Shown here piece by piece: positions 35,041 through 45,389 of a DNA stretch of 64,000 bases (the stretch's first letter is position 1; every line of letters begins with the position of its first letter). The notes under the pieces were generated by a model, which saw only the letters and a program-made list of their open reading frames with translations, did not search any database and had not been told where the DNA came from. A program made the translations under genes and the position numbers. The stretch spans positions 1,936 through 65,935 of IMG/VR virus record IMGVR_UViG_3300031949_001708, one strand, 5' to 3'. Origin of the DNA: a virus. Its lineage: Duplodnaviria; Caudoviricetes.

Positions 35041-36141
35041 GTGGCTAAATCCCCAGCACCTCGCCCAGGTCTCTCTGGTCGCGTCCTGATTACCGGGGGA
35101 TCAGGATTCTTAGGCCGCGCCATTCTGCGGCGCGCCGCCCGCGAGAACTGGCCCGCGCGCTTCACCATCTACTCCCGCGATGAGACGAAGCAGTGGGAGC
35201 TCAAGCATCGCTACCCGAACGCCAATTGCCTGCTTGGCGACGTCGCGCGCGACCTGCCGCGGCTGATCGCCGCGATGGCGGGCCACGACACCGTGATCCA
35301 CGCGGCTGCCGTCAAGTACATCCCCGAGGCGGAAAAAAATGTCTTCGAGACAGTCGAAGTCAACGTTACGGGTTCGCTCAACGTCGCGCTTGCGGCCCAC
35401 GCCGCCGGTGTCGCGATGGTCGTGGGGATCTCGACTGACAAGGCGTGCGCGCCTCTCAACCTCTACGGCGCGACCAAGATGGTGATGGAGCGGGCCTTCG
35501 CGGAAGCGAACCGCCTCGGGCCGACCCGCTACGTCACGGTGCGGTACGGCAATGTCGTCGGGTCGACCGGCAGCGTGATCCCGCTGTTCCGGCGCCAGCT
35601 CGGTGAGAGCGGCCGCATAAGCGTCACGGATCCGCGCATGACGCGCTTCTGGCTCGGCGTCGACCAGGCGATCGACCTCATCCTCTGGGCAGCGGAGGGC
35701 GCGGGTGTCTTTCCGGGCCACACCTTCATCGACGCGTGTCCCGCCATGAGCATCGTGGAGCTCGCGGGCGCGGTGTACGCGCGCTGGTGCGCCGACCAGG
35801 GGCGTGAGGTCGACGCCAGGATGCCGATCGACTTCGTTGGCATCCGGCCGGGGGAGAAACTCACGGAGCAACTCTTCAACGAGCAGGAGGCTCCCCGGAT
35901 CATGCGGGCTGGGCTCTCCTCCGAGTCAGAGGGATTCATCCTCGCGCCCGCGACGGCCCTGGTCTCCTCTCCAATGCAGATCACACCGGATCAGATCACA
36001 CGGGCGCGGGCGGGATTGTCAGACTACTCCCAGCCGATCATGATCAGCACGGTCGACGAGGGCTATTCGTCCGGGTCGCCTAGTCGCTGGCTTAGCGTCG
36101 AGGAGATGATCGAACTCATGCGGGACGCGGAGGGGGTGTAA
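35041..36141 (+). CDS. UDP-GlcNAc 4,6-dehydratase (PseB/CapD-like SDR)
   Basis: ITGGSGFLG, YSRDETKQ, STDKA, YGATK, RYGNV.GS.GSVIP.F, TRFW, RPGEKL. Confidence 0.9.
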   Translation: MAKSPAPRPGLSGRVLITGGSGFLGRAILRRAARENWPARFTIYSRDETKQWELKHRYPNANCLLGDVARDLPRLIAAMAGHDTVIHAAAVKYIPEAEKNVFETVEVNVTGSLNVALAAHAAGVAMVVGISTDKACAPLNLYGATKMVMERAFAEANRLGPTRYVTVRYGNVVGSTGSVIPLFRRQLGESGRISVTDPRMTRFWLGVDQAIDLILWAAEGAGVFPGHTFIDACPAMSIVELAGAVYARWCADQGREVDARMPIDFVGIRPGEKLTEQLFNEQEAPRIMRAGLSSESEGFILAPATALVSSPMQITPDQITRARAGLSDYSQPIMISTVDEGYSSGSPSRWLSVEEMIELMRDAEGV

Positions 36142-36409
36142 AGATGGCGTTAGGCGTTCGCATCGACGAGGGCACGCGGCCGAACCTGCGCCTGCGCGCG
36201 CTGTCGCGTGGGCCCACGTCCAAGCACATGCGACCCAGCAGAATCGAGGGCATGACGGCCCATGGAATGACGAGCCGTGCCCTCCGCCAGATCCTCTCGG
36301 CCGGCGCACTAGCACCCCACCTTGCCCAGCGGCGCGCTGCGGCTCACCCAGAACTACGTCGGCGTCGGAAGGTCGAGCGCCAGGCGCGCCGGCGCGGGAG
36401 GCGGGCGGC

Positions 36410-37105
36410 GTGACGCCGCCCCACCTCTGCCTCCTGCTGCTCACGTATGACCGCTTCGAATACGCGGAGCGGACGCTCCGCTCGGCCCTCGACAACCTGC
36501 GGTACTCCGGGCCGCTGAGCGTCCACATCGCGGACGACGGCAGCCCGGGGGACTACCGCGAACGCTTGCAGGAGATCGCCGGCGGCTACGCCCAGGTCCA
36601 GGGCGTGTCCGTCTCGAACTCCGGACGCCGCGGGTACGGCGCGAACTTCAACCTCGCGCTGCAGGCGATCCACTCCTACGCTGACGTCGTCCTGCCACTG
36701 GAGGACGATTGGCAACTGCAGCGGCCGCTTGACCTCGACGAGCTCGTCAGCGTGTTCGCCGAGGCGGAGTGGCCCGGCTGCATCCGGCTCGGCTACCTGG
36801 GTTTCACCCAGCCGCTGCAAGGCCAGATCGTCAGCCTTGCGGGTCGGCTTTATCTCTACCTCGCGCCCGATTCGCCCGAGCCCCACGTCTGGTCCGGCCA
36901 CCCGCGGCTCGAGACGCGGCGCTACCAGCGCGACGTCGGTCCCTGGACCGAGGGTCTCGACCCCGGCACGACGGAGTTCGAGGTAGCGCACCGGCCTGCC
37001 GCCCGCCAGGGCGTGCTGTGGCCGCTGGACTTGTGCCTGCCGGCGAGCCAGCATGGGGCGTCGCTCTTTGCCCACATTGGTGCTCAGCGCGCGGCTTGGC
37101 CCTGA
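36410..37105 (+). CDS. GT2-family glycosyltransferase
   Basis: LLTYDR, IADDGS, LEDDW. Confidence 0.85.
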   Translation: MTPPHLCLLLLTYDRFEYAERTLRSALDNLRYSGPLSVHIADDGSPGDYRERLQEIAGGYAQVQGVSVSNSGRRGYGANFNLALQAIHSYADVVLPLEDDWQLQRPLDLDELVSVFAEAEWPGCIRLGYLGFTQPLQGQIVSLAGRLYLYLAPDSPEPHVWSGHPRLETRRYQRDVGPWTEGLDPGTTEFEVAHRPAARQGVLWPLDLCLPASQHGASLFAHIGAQRAAWP

Positions 37106-37116
37106 AGGAGGCTATC

Positions 37117-37839
37117 GTGGATCTGCCGCCCATCACGATCGTCATGACGCTCTTTATCCCGCCGACAGAGGGAGGCTTTGCACGCTTAAAAGGCGCGAAA
37201 CAAACGCTCCTCTCCTGGGGGCGGCACATGAAGTACGGCGGCCCGCTCCGCGTCCACATAGTGAACGACTCGACGGAGTTGGACCCCACGGAGGTGGAGG
37301 GTGGCGCCGACGCCTTGACGCGCTTCTCCGCCTTCGACGTGCGGGTGGACCACACGCGCGGGGTCGGGCTCGGGGGCGGCTTCAACGTCGGCGTCCAGAA
37401 GGCGCTTCTCGAGAGTCCGCTGGTTCTGTACGCCGACGACAGCTACAGCCTCGTGGAGGATATCGACCTGACGCCCTGGGCGCGTGTGCTCCTTGAGCAC
37501 GAGGACATCGGCGCCGTCTCGCTCATGCCGCCGCGGCCCGGCCTGACGGGCGGCTACTGCGGCTACTTTCACAACATCCGGACGGAGGGCGTGGCGGGCA
37601 TGACGTTCCCGAAGGAAGGGTACGTTTGGAACGGCCGTCCGCTTCTGTACCACGCGCGCTTCTTCGCGGCTTACGGCCTCACGCCCGAGGGCTGTTCTGG
37701 CTACGAGTGGGAGAACACGTACAGCGAGCACTACAACGCGACGCCGGGTCCGAACGTGCTCTTCGGCTTCGTTGACGCCTGGCAGCACGTCTGGTCCGGC
37801 GTCCGCCTCGGGGACAAGCCTCCGGGCTGGAAGGGGTAA
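37117..37839 (+). CDS. GT-A fold glycosyltransferase
   Basis: IVNDS, GGGFN.G, YADDS; paralogous to upstream GT. Confidence 0.75.
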   Translation: MDLPPITIVMTLFIPPTEGGFARLKGAKQTLLSWGRHMKYGGPLRVHIVNDSTELDPTEVEGGADALTRFSAFDVRVDHTRGVGLGGGFNVGVQKALLESPLVLYADDSYSLVEDIDLTPWARVLLEHEDIGAVSLMPPRPGLTGGYCGYFHNIRTEGVAGMTFPKEGYVWNGRPLLYHARFFAAYGLTPEGCSGYEWENTYSEHYNATPGPNVLFGFVDAWQHVWSGVRLGDKPPGWKG

Positions 37840-38064
37840 GCCATGCAGGACATTCGCGCTCCAACGTTGGCCGAATTCTGGCCGGTGGCGCCTCACCTCG
37901 GCGGCCTACCATCGGTCGAGGAGTTCCGGCGTCTTCATCCGGGCAACGGTCCATGCGGGGAACAAGTTGCGGAGGACTTCGGCGGTGGTTCTTGCTGCCG
38001 TCCGCCGAACCATGTTGGTGTCTGTGTGAGCGCTGCGACGCCTCCGGGCTGGAAGGACTAGGCC

Positions 38065-38565
38065 ATGCGCCCCGAAGTTAAGCAAGCCGTGACGGAGTGG
38101 GCCGCCCTCTACCTCCGGGAGGCGAAGACGATCGTCGAGATCGGCTCGATGGACGTGAACGGGAACCTCCGCGACATCTTCAAGGGCCAGGACTACATCG
38201 GCGTGGACATGCGGCCTGGCGACAACGTCGACGTCGTCCTGAACGCCCACCGCCTCCGCGACCGCTTCCCCGGGGCGTCCGTCGACGCCGTGATCTGCTG
38301 CGACACCTTCGAGCACGATGACGCCTTCTGGGAGACGCTGCGGGAGATCCGCCGCGCCCTCAAGCCTGGCGGCTTCTTCGTCTGCTCCGTGCCGACGATC
38401 GCCTACACGACCTATCATCCGCACCCGGACGACTACTGGCGCTTCACGGGGTCGGCGTTCTTCAACCTGATCATGAGCCCGCTCTACTACCACCTAGTCG
38501 ACCGGCGGGACATCCGCACGACGGGCGACGTCGACACCTACGCGGCGATCGGGCGGCGGCGATGA
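38065..38565 (+). CDS. Class I SAM-dependent methyltransferase
   Basis: VEIGS.DVNG, GVD...G.NVD, FEH, LKPGG. Confidence 0.85.
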   Translation: MRPEVKQAVTEWAALYLREAKTIVEIGSMDVNGNLRDIFKGQDYIGVDMRPGDNVDVVLNAHRLRDRFPGASVDAVICCDTFEHDDAFWETLREIRRALKPGGFFVCSVPTIAYTTYHPHPDDYWRFTGSAFFNLIMSPLYYHLVDRRDIRTTGDVDTYAAIGRRR

Positions 38566-38719
38566 CTCGCTCGAAGAGGACCTGGCATCTCCGCCTTGCG
38601 AACGGCTCGGCGGCCTGCGACTTTCGCTGGCAGGGTGACACGCCGGAGCCGGAAGAGGTAACCTGCCGTCGCTGCAAAGGGACGTGGGTCTTCCGGACGC
38701 TGGCTGCGGGGGCGGCCAA

Positions 38720-39151
38720 ATGAAGATCGACCTCGGCTGCGGCGTGAACAAGCCCGAGGGCTACGCCGGGATCGACCGGCTGGCCCTTCCCGGCGTCGAT
38801 GTTGTCCATGACCTCTCGACCGGCATCCCATGTGCCGACGACGACGTGGAGGGCATCCGGGCCCGCGACTTCTTCGAGCACATGCCCGCCATCATCCCGA
38901 TCTTCAACGAGTGCTGGCGCGTCCTGAAGGCCGGCGGTGAGCTGGCGCTGGAGGTGCCGCGCTTCCCCCACGTCGACGCGGTCAAGGACCCGACGCACAT
39001 CAGCTTCTTCGCTGTGGAGACGTTCACGGAGTACCTGGCTGGCCCGGACCGCTTGGAGGCAGAGTATGGGATGCGCCTCTGGGACATCGTGATGATCAAC
39101 TTCAGCGAGCGCCGTATCTGGGCGACGCTGCGGCCGCGGGGGAAGGCATGA
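38720..39151 (+). CDS. Class I SAM-dependent methyltransferase
   Basis: IDLGCG, FFEH, WRVLK.GG, DPTH. Confidence 0.85.
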   Translation: MKIDLGCGVNKPEGYAGIDRLALPGVDVVHDLSTGIPCADDDVEGIRARDFFEHMPAIIPIFNECWRVLKAGGELALEVPRFPHVDAVKDPTHISFFAVETFTEYLAGPDRLEAEYGMRLWDIVMINFSERRIWATLRPRGKA

Positions 39152-40170
39152 GCGAACTGATCGCCGGCAGGCCGGGGCTTGAGGTCTGGCGCGCGACCGA
39201 TGGCATTCTCAAGATCGGCGGCTGGGAGATGGAGCGGAACAACATCGCCGGCCTCCAAAACGAAGCGCGAATGCTCCGCCTCATGGAGGGGACGGGCTTT
39301 GCGCCCCGCCTCCTGGGCGAACCCCGCCTCCTGGACGGAGAATGGCGCCACGACGGACGCTTCGCCACGCTCCAGGAAGACGTTGGGCCGACGCTGAAGA
39401 ACGGCGCCATCGTCAAGGACCCGGTGCGTTTCCGGCGCAACTGCATCTATCTCCTCCAGGCTCTCCGGAGCCGCGGCATCCGTCATGGCGACCTCACGAC
39501 GACGAACCTCGCGCTCCGTGAAGGGGACGTGGCCGTCGCGCTCGACTGGCAGGAGAGCCGCCTCTTCGACGAACCGGGCGAGGACAAGCAGCCGCACAGC
39601 GACTCGTACCTCCTCTGGCAGCGCCTCGCGGAGGCGGGGCTGGACGAGGGCCGCATCATGCGCCGCTGGATGGCCGTCTTGGCCGACCTGGGCGGCGACG
39701 TCGGCACGGAGAAGCTCAAGGGCAAGCGCCTGCTGGACCTCGGGTGCTTCCAGGGCGACTTCTGCGGATTGGCTGCAGCCGAGGGCATGGAGGCCACGGG
39801 CTTCGACGCCGATGCCGTGAGCATTGCGGTGGCCCGAGGACTCTGGGGCAAGGTCGCGAGTTTCGAGTGCGCCGACGTCACGAACGTATCCTACGGGGCT
39901 GATGCGGTTCTGCTCTTCTCGACTTGGCCCTACGTTCTCCGCAACCATGGACCAGCGATCGCGGAGCGCCTCCTCCGGGAGATCCTCGCCCAAGCTGATC
40001 GGCTCTACTTCGAGACACAGCTCGCCGGCGACGGCCCGGGTCCGGACTTCCTCGCGACGGACGAGGACGTCGGCAACTACCTCGCGCGCTTCGGAACGGC
40101 ACGATCACTCGTCTCCATCCCGGTCGCGGGTCGCGCCGCGTCCCGAACGGTCTGGATGGTCACGCGGTGA
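39148..40170 (+). CDS. Kinase-like domain + SAM methyltransferase fusion
   Basis: NE..ML, IRHGDL..TN, ALDW (kinase core); LLDLGC.QG.F (MTase). Confidence 0.8.
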   Translation: MSELIAGRPGLEVWRATDGILKIGGWEMERNNIAGLQNEARMLRLMEGTGFAPRLLGEPRLLDGEWRHDGRFATLQEDVGPTLKNGAIVKDPVRFRRNCIYLLQALRSRGIRHGDLTTTNLALREGDVAVALDWQESRLFDEPGEDKQPHSDSYLLWQRLAEAGLDEGRIMRRWMAVLADLGGDVGTEKLKGKRLLDLGCFQGDFCGLAAAEGMEATGFDADAVSIAVARGLWGKVASFECADVTNVSYGADAVLLFSTWPYVLRNHGPAIAERLLREILAQADRLYFETQLAGDGPGPDFLATDEDVGNYLARFGTARSLVSIPVAGRAASRTVWMVTR

Positions 40171-40342
40171 AGGCACTAGTCGTGATCCTCTTCCTTGCGT
40201 CGCTCGTGGCGGCCATCGTGACGGTCGGGTCTCTCCTCTTCGGGTCCGCCTCGACCTTCGCCGGACGCTTGACAGCCGTCCTCCTCCTCTGGTGGGTCAC
40301 GCTCGCGGCCGTGATCGCGCTGTCAGGGAGCAACAGGTGCTA

Positions 40343-40834
40343 GTGTTTGCCGAGATCGCGGCCCGCTTCGAAGCAGAGGCGCCGGTCAAGCGGCTGTGGA
40401 TCGTGTGCTGCGACATGGGCACGCGCCTTCCGGCCTGCCGCGTCTGCGCCGGCGCGCTCTCCGGACGCCAACGGGTCTATTGCTCGAGCGCCTGCAGCCG
40501 CGAGTGGGACGTCAACCATGCATGGGGATTCGCCAGTGCCGAGGCTCTTCGCCGTGCGGAGTTCCGCTGCTCGGCCTGCGGGGCGAAGGAAGAACTTAAC
40601 CGGCAGCCTGCGATCAAGAGTTACTTCCACCACCCCGTCGTCTCTAGCCTGGAGGTCCATCACGTCGTTCCGCTCCAGGGCCGCTACCGCAGCACCACAT
40701 GCATGAACCACCAGGAGAACCTTCAAGTGCTGTGCTCAGCGTGTCATCAGAACGTGACGGCCCGCCAGCTCAACCCGCAGGCTGCAGCCGCCCGCGATGC
40801 CCAGGTCGCGCTCGCCCTCAAGGAGACGCCATGA
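40343..40834 (+). CDS. HNH endonuclease
   Basis: CSACG..LEVHH..P..NLQVLCSACH. Confidence 0.8.
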   Translation: MFAEIAARFEAEAPVKRLWIVCCDMGTRLPACRVCAGALSGRQRVYCSSACSREWDVNHAWGFASAEALRRAEFRCSACGAKEELNRQPAIKSYFHHPVVSSLEVHHVVPLQGRYRSTTCMNHQENLQVLCSACHQNVTARQLNPQAAAARDAQVALALKETP

Positions 40835-43800
40835 GGTCAGTCCATATCTATCCTTCATTCGGCGGCGAGGACCAGGGCGACGGTGGCGTCCGGCGCGTCG
40901 CGGAGGCGCAGGCTCGTCACCTGCCGGCGTTCGGCTTCGAGCCGGTTGCGAGCCCCGAGGACGCGGAGATCATCGCCTGCCACATCACCGTCCCGACGAG
41001 CTACGTCCGGCTCTATCCCGAGAAGCCGCTGGTGGCGCACTGCCACGGTCTCTATTGGGCCCAGTACGATTGGGCGAATTGGGCACTCAAGGCGAACGCC
41101 GACGTCATGGAGCTGCTGCGCGTCGCGGACGCCATCACGGCGCCGTCCGAGTGGGTCGCGCAGGCGATGCGGCGCCACACCTCCCGGCCCATCACGGTCG
41201 TGCCGCACGGCGTAGACTTGGACGAGTGGACCGGCGGCACGCCCCAAGGCTATGTCCTCTGGAACAAGACGCGGCTCGATCCCGTCTGCGACCCCGCGCC
41301 CGTCACGGCCCTCGCGGCCCTCATGCCGGACGTGTTGTTCGTCTCCACCTTTGGCAGCGAGAACCTCTGCGAATGCCCCGAGCCCGAGCAGCGCCACGAC
41401 GCCACCTGTCGGCTCAATGATCCCCGCTTCTTCGAGCGGCTCGGTCGTCTCGCAGGCTTGACGACTGCCGGTTCCACCGAGGGGCACAACCTCTTCCGCA
41501 CGTATCGTCTTCCCTACGCCCTGGCGCGCGATTTCGTCCGCAACGCTTCCGTCTACCTCGCTACCGCCAAGGAGACGTTCGGCATCGGCACGCTCGAGGC
41601 GCTGGCGGCCGGCATCCCGGTCGTGGGATTCCGCCACGGCGGCCAGGCCGAGATCATCGAGCAGGGCCGCGACGGCTGGCTCGTGGAGCCGGGGGACGTC
41701 GAGGGCCTGGCGGAAGGCGTACGGTGGGCCTTGGCGAATGGTGAGGCGGCGGCGGCGGCGTGCCGCGCGAAGGCGGCCTTGTTTCCATGGGAAGGCGCGG
41801 CGCGGAAATACGCCGACCTCTACGAGACCGTTATTTCCAGGGCCGAGAGCAAGCGCACGAGCCCTGCCGTCTCCGTGATCGTGACGGCCTACAAGCTCGA
41901 CGCCTACCTGGGCGACTGCCTCGTGTCGGTCCTGCGGCAGTCGAGCGACGATTGGGAGTGCATCGTGGTGGACGACGCGTCGCCGGACCAGTGCGGCGCG
42001 ATAGCGGACGAGTTCGCCCGCCTGGATGACCGCTTCCGCGTGATCCACAACGAGACGAACCAGTACCTCGCGGGCGCGCGCAACACCGGCATTGCGGTCG
42101 CGCGCGGCCCCTACATCCTGCCGCTGGACGCGGACGACATGCTGGCGCCGGACGCCCTCACGCTCCTGGTCTCCGCGCTGGACGCCGACCGGACGATCCA
42201 CATCGCGTACGGCTGCGTCCGGTTTGTCGACGAGGATGGCAAGACCGCGACGGACTACCACGTGGCGGGCCAGGAGGCGGGCCACTCCGGCTGGCCGCTG
42301 CCGTTCGAGTTCGAGCGCCAGGCCAAGGGCCTGAACTACCTCCCCTACGCCTCGATGTACCGGCGGGAGGTGTGGGAGTGGACCGGCGGCTACCGCCAAC
42401 GCTGCCGGACGGCTGAGGACGCGGACTTCTGGATCCGCGCCAGCTCCTACGGCTTCCGTCCTCGCTACGTCACGCCGGCCGATACGCTGATTTACCGGAA
42501 CCGCGAGGGCTCGATGAGTCGAGAGATCGGCAGGCGGGAGTGGATTCGGTGGTTCCCCTGGGGGGCGGACCTCGCCCTCGCGCCGGCGGGAGCCATCACG
42601 CGGCAGCAGCTCGCCGTCCCGAGCTACGATCCACCCGCCGTCAGCATCGTCATTCCCGTCGGGCCGGGGCACCAACACCTCCTGATGGACGCGCTCGACT
42701 CACTGGATGCCCAGAGCTACCGCAAGTGGGAGGCGATCGTGGTAAACGACACGGGCGCGCCGCTCCCGAACCTGCCGGCGTGGGCCCGCGTGATCGAGCC
42801 CGACCGCGGCCCTGATCCGGGCGGACCAGATCCAGGTGAGCCCGGGTTCGTGAAGCGGTTTGAGAAGCAGTGGGCGTATGGCAGATTTGGTGGCGTGGCG
42901 GCGGCTCGGAACGCCGGCATCGCGCACGCCCGCGCCGACCTCTTCCTGCCGCTTGACGCCGACGACCTTCTGGAGCCAGATGCCCTTCAGTGGCTCCTGA
43001 CGGCCTATGAACAGGCGGGCGGTGGTGTCATAATCTACCCGGACTTCTGGGAGGACCCGGAGGAGCCGGGGCGATTCCGACCGTATGCCTGCCCCGATTT
43101 CGACCCCGCCCTCCTGATTCGAAGAGGCGCGCTGCATCCCGTGACGGCCCTCACGCCCGTGGCGTTCTGGCGTGAGGTCGGCGGGTACGACGAGGAGGTG
43201 CCGTGCTGGGAGGATTGGGCCTTCGCTCTCGCGTGCGCCGAGCGAGGCCTGTGTTCTCAGCGCCTTCCCGCCCCGCTCTTCACCTATCGCAAGCACACGG
43301 GCGCGCGACGGGAGGAGAACCAGGCGGCCTTCGACGACTGTCGGGACGCGATGCAGGCGCGCTTCGGCCACTTCTGGGACGGAGGTAAGGACATCATGAG
43401 TTGTGGATGCAGGAAGACCGGACCCGTCGATTCGCCCGCCGGCCCGCGCTACAGTCGCGCGGCCGCGCCGCCGGCGGCGGACGCCGTCCAGGTGCGGTAC
43501 GTGGGGAACAAGATGGGCTCGATCCTCTTTAAAGGGCCGAGCGGCACGGTCTACTCGTTTGAGGCCGGCGACCCGGCGCGGTGGGCACTGGCGGCCGATG
43601 TCGAGTACTTCACTGGCCGCCCGGACTTCCAGGTCCTGGCGGCTGGCGGCGCGATGGCGATGGTGGGGCCGGAGGCCACGCCCTTCCTTGTGGCGGAGGG
43701 ACCGCCCGTGCGGGAGCCGAGTCGCGAGCCCGTCGCCGTGCCGGCAGGCCACGCGATCGACGGCAGCCAGGCGGTGGCGCGCGCCCTAGCGGGCGAGCAC

Positions 43801-43980
43801 GGCGGCATGACGGTCGAGCGCGAGACGGAGGAGGGGGTAGACCGCGAGGAGTACGCCAGCGAGCAGGAACTGGAGTCAGTCGACATCCGGGACGTCGATC
43901 CGGAGTTGGCGATCGCCGCCTTCATGGGCCTGGGCCTGAGCCGCGAGGAGGCGGAGAAACGCGTGCGGCCCGAGGCATGA
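40831..43980 (+). CDS. Multidomain glycosyltransferase (GT4 + GT2 + GT2 + C-terminal domain)
   Basis: ETFGI..LEA.A.G.PV (GT4); VVDDAS..RNTG..LDADD and VNDT..RNAG..LDADD (two GT2). Confidence 0.9.
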   Translation: MRSVHIYPSFGGEDQGDGGVRRVAEAQARHLPAFGFEPVASPEDAEIIACHITVPTSYVRLYPEKPLVAHCHGLYWAQYDWANWALKANADVMELLRVADAITAPSEWVAQAMRRHTSRPITVVPHGVDLDEWTGGTPQGYVLWNKTRLDPVCDPAPVTALAALMPDVLFVSTFGSENLCECPEPEQRHDATCRLNDPRFFERLGRLAGLTTAGSTEGHNLFRTYRLPYALARDFVRNASVYLATAKETFGIGTLEALAAGIPVVGFRHGGQAEIIEQGRDGWLVEPGDVEGLAEGVRWALANGEAAAAACRAKAALFPWEGAARKYADLYETVISRAESKRTSPAVSVIVTAYKLDAYLGDCLVSVLRQSSDDWECIVVDDASPDQCGAIADEFARLDDRFRVIHNETNQYLAGARNTGIAVARGPYILPLDADDMLAPDALTLLVSALDADRTIHIAYGCVRFVDEDGKTATDYHVAGQEAGHSGWPLPFEFERQAKGLNYLPYASMYRREVWEWTGGYRQRCRTAEDADFWIRASSYGFRPRYVTPADTLIYRNREGSMSREIGRREWIRWFPWGADLALAPAGAITRQQLAVPSYDPPAVSIVIPVGPGHQHLLMDALDSLDAQSYRKWEAIVVNDTGAPLPNLPAWARVIEPDRGPDPGGPDPGEPGFVKRFEKQWAYGRFGGVAAARNAGIAHARADLFLPLDADDLLEPDALQWLLTAYEQAGGGVIIYPDFWEDPEEPGRFRPYACPDFDPALLIRRGALHPVTALTPVAFWREVGGYDEEVPCWEDWAFALACAERGLCSQRLPAPLFTYRKHTGARREENQAAFDDCRDAMQARFGHFWDGGKDIMSCGCRKTGPVDSPAGPRYSRAAAPPAADAVQVRYVGNKMGSILFKGPSGTVYSFEAGDPARWALAADVEYFTGRPDFQVLAAGGAMAMVGPEATPFLVAEGPPVREPSREPVAVPAGHAIDGSQAVARALAGEHGGMTVERETEEGVDREEYASEQELESVDIRDVDPELAIAAFMGLGLSREEAEKRVRPEA

Positions 43981-44173
43981 CCTACCACCACGAGCCGACG
44001 CCTTGGCGCTCGCCGCTCGACGGCGGCCATCCGATCCTTGACCCCCTCCGCGATGCGATAGACCACGTCAAGCAAGCGGCCGCATCGGGGGCAGGTGTCA
44101 ACAAGGCGGTGCTCCGCGGTGAGATCGCGACCCTCAAACACCATATGGCGTTTCTGGAAGCCAGAGCGCACGA

Positions 44174-44467
44174 ATGATGGAGGAGTTGGTCCTCGTCGGA
44201 CTTGCCGCCTGGCGGCTCGCGATCCTGTTGCTGAACGAGGCGGGGCCGCTCGACGTCCTCGTACGCCTTCGGCGCCTTGTCGGCGTGCCGGCGGTCGGGG
44301 AGGTCGAGGGCTTCCTCCCGACGATCTTCTCCTGCATCCTCTGCATGTCCGCCTACACGACGGCCGCGACGTTCGGGCTCTACGAGATCGCGGGGCCGCT
44401 CTACGTTCTACCGATCGCCGCCTGGGGGCTGGTCGTGCTGGTCGACCGCTTCATCCGCGCCTACTGA
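44174..44467 (+). CDS. DUF1360-like membrane protein
   Basis: LA.WRL..LL..E.GP..R..C..C.S. Confidence 0.7.
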   Translation: MMEELVLVGLAAWRLAILLLNEAGPLDVLVRLRRLVGVPAVGEVEGFLPTIFSCILCMSAYTTAATFGLYEIAGPLYVLPIAAWGLVVLVDRFIRAY

Positions 44468-44691
44468 ATCGCCCCACTCCTCCGGATCGCCGAAGAGCTC
44501 CCGCCAGAGGCGCTCCTCGTAGACCTTTATCTGACGAATATCGTTGCGTTCCTTGCCCTTGAGCTGTCGCATGGAGTGCGTGACGGCACCGGCGCGGGAC
44601 GCTGCCACCACCTTGATGCGCACGTCGCTGTCGCGGAGGCTGACGGCCACGAAGTACACGGTCGCGTTCGAACGGCCAGGTCTTGCGGGCA

Positions 44692-45264
44692 TCAGCCCTC
44701 GACCTCCGGGAAGGCGAAGGCGCGGAGCGCCTCCAACCGCTTGATTGTCTCGTCGAGATCGCAGAGGTGAATGTCGTCCACCTCCTCGGCCATCGGGACG
44801 TTGAAGTACCGGCGGAACTGAACGCAGCCATCGTATCGGAGCGTCGCCTCCCACCACCCCTTCGGACTCACGACCCGGCGCGTAGCCTCGCCGTCCTCGG
44901 CCAGAACCCACCAGGGCGGGCCGTCCTCAGTCAGGTCAAGTTCCTTCTCAGCAGCGTGACGCTCCTCTGGTTCCGGCGGATCGTGAGCATCCGGCCAGAC
45001 CTCCGGGGCCTGGAAGCCTGGCGGGATCACCACCACTTGGCTCGCGCGCGGCGCGAGCTGGGGAAGCCGCCTGCGTAACTCGGCGTTCTCCTCGCGCAGC
45101 CGCGCCATCTCAGCCGCCGGGTCACGGTGGCCGGTGCCGAGACAGTCGTCACAATCCCGCCAGAGTTTACCGTCCAGAAAGTCAACCCAGAAGCCTGTGT
45201 AGCCATCACATACTTGGCAAGCGTCTTCGCCTTCATAGAGTCGAACTAGGACTGGCGCGTTCAT
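44692..45264 (-). CDS. Hypothetical protein
   Basis: Part of coupled minus-strand block; CxxC motifs. Confidence 0.55.
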   Translation of the reverse strand: MNAPVLVRLYEGEDACQVCDGYTGFWVDFLDGKLWRDCDDCLGTGHRDPAAEMARLREENAELRRRLPQLAPRASQVVVIPPGFQAPEVWPDAHDPPEPEERHAAEKELDLTEDGPPWWVLAEDGEATRRVVSPKGWWEATLRYDGCVQFRRYFNVPMAEEVDDIHLCDLDETIKRLEALRAFAFPEVEG

Positions 45265-45389
45265 CGGATTCCTCCTACGTCAACCACCGTGTTGACGATT
45301 CAAAGCGTAGAATCACCAGCCATAGAGGGACTGCGCCACGATCATCGGCGACTCGTCTATGTGGATCTCGAACCAGTCGATGCCAAGCA

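Noticed and set aside
9150-42678. Long minus-strand ORFs (9150-10919, 16430-18451, 33363-35168, 40855-42678 and similar)
   Set aside because: Antisense shadows of well-supported + strand genes or arrays in high-GC DNA; no recognisable motifs
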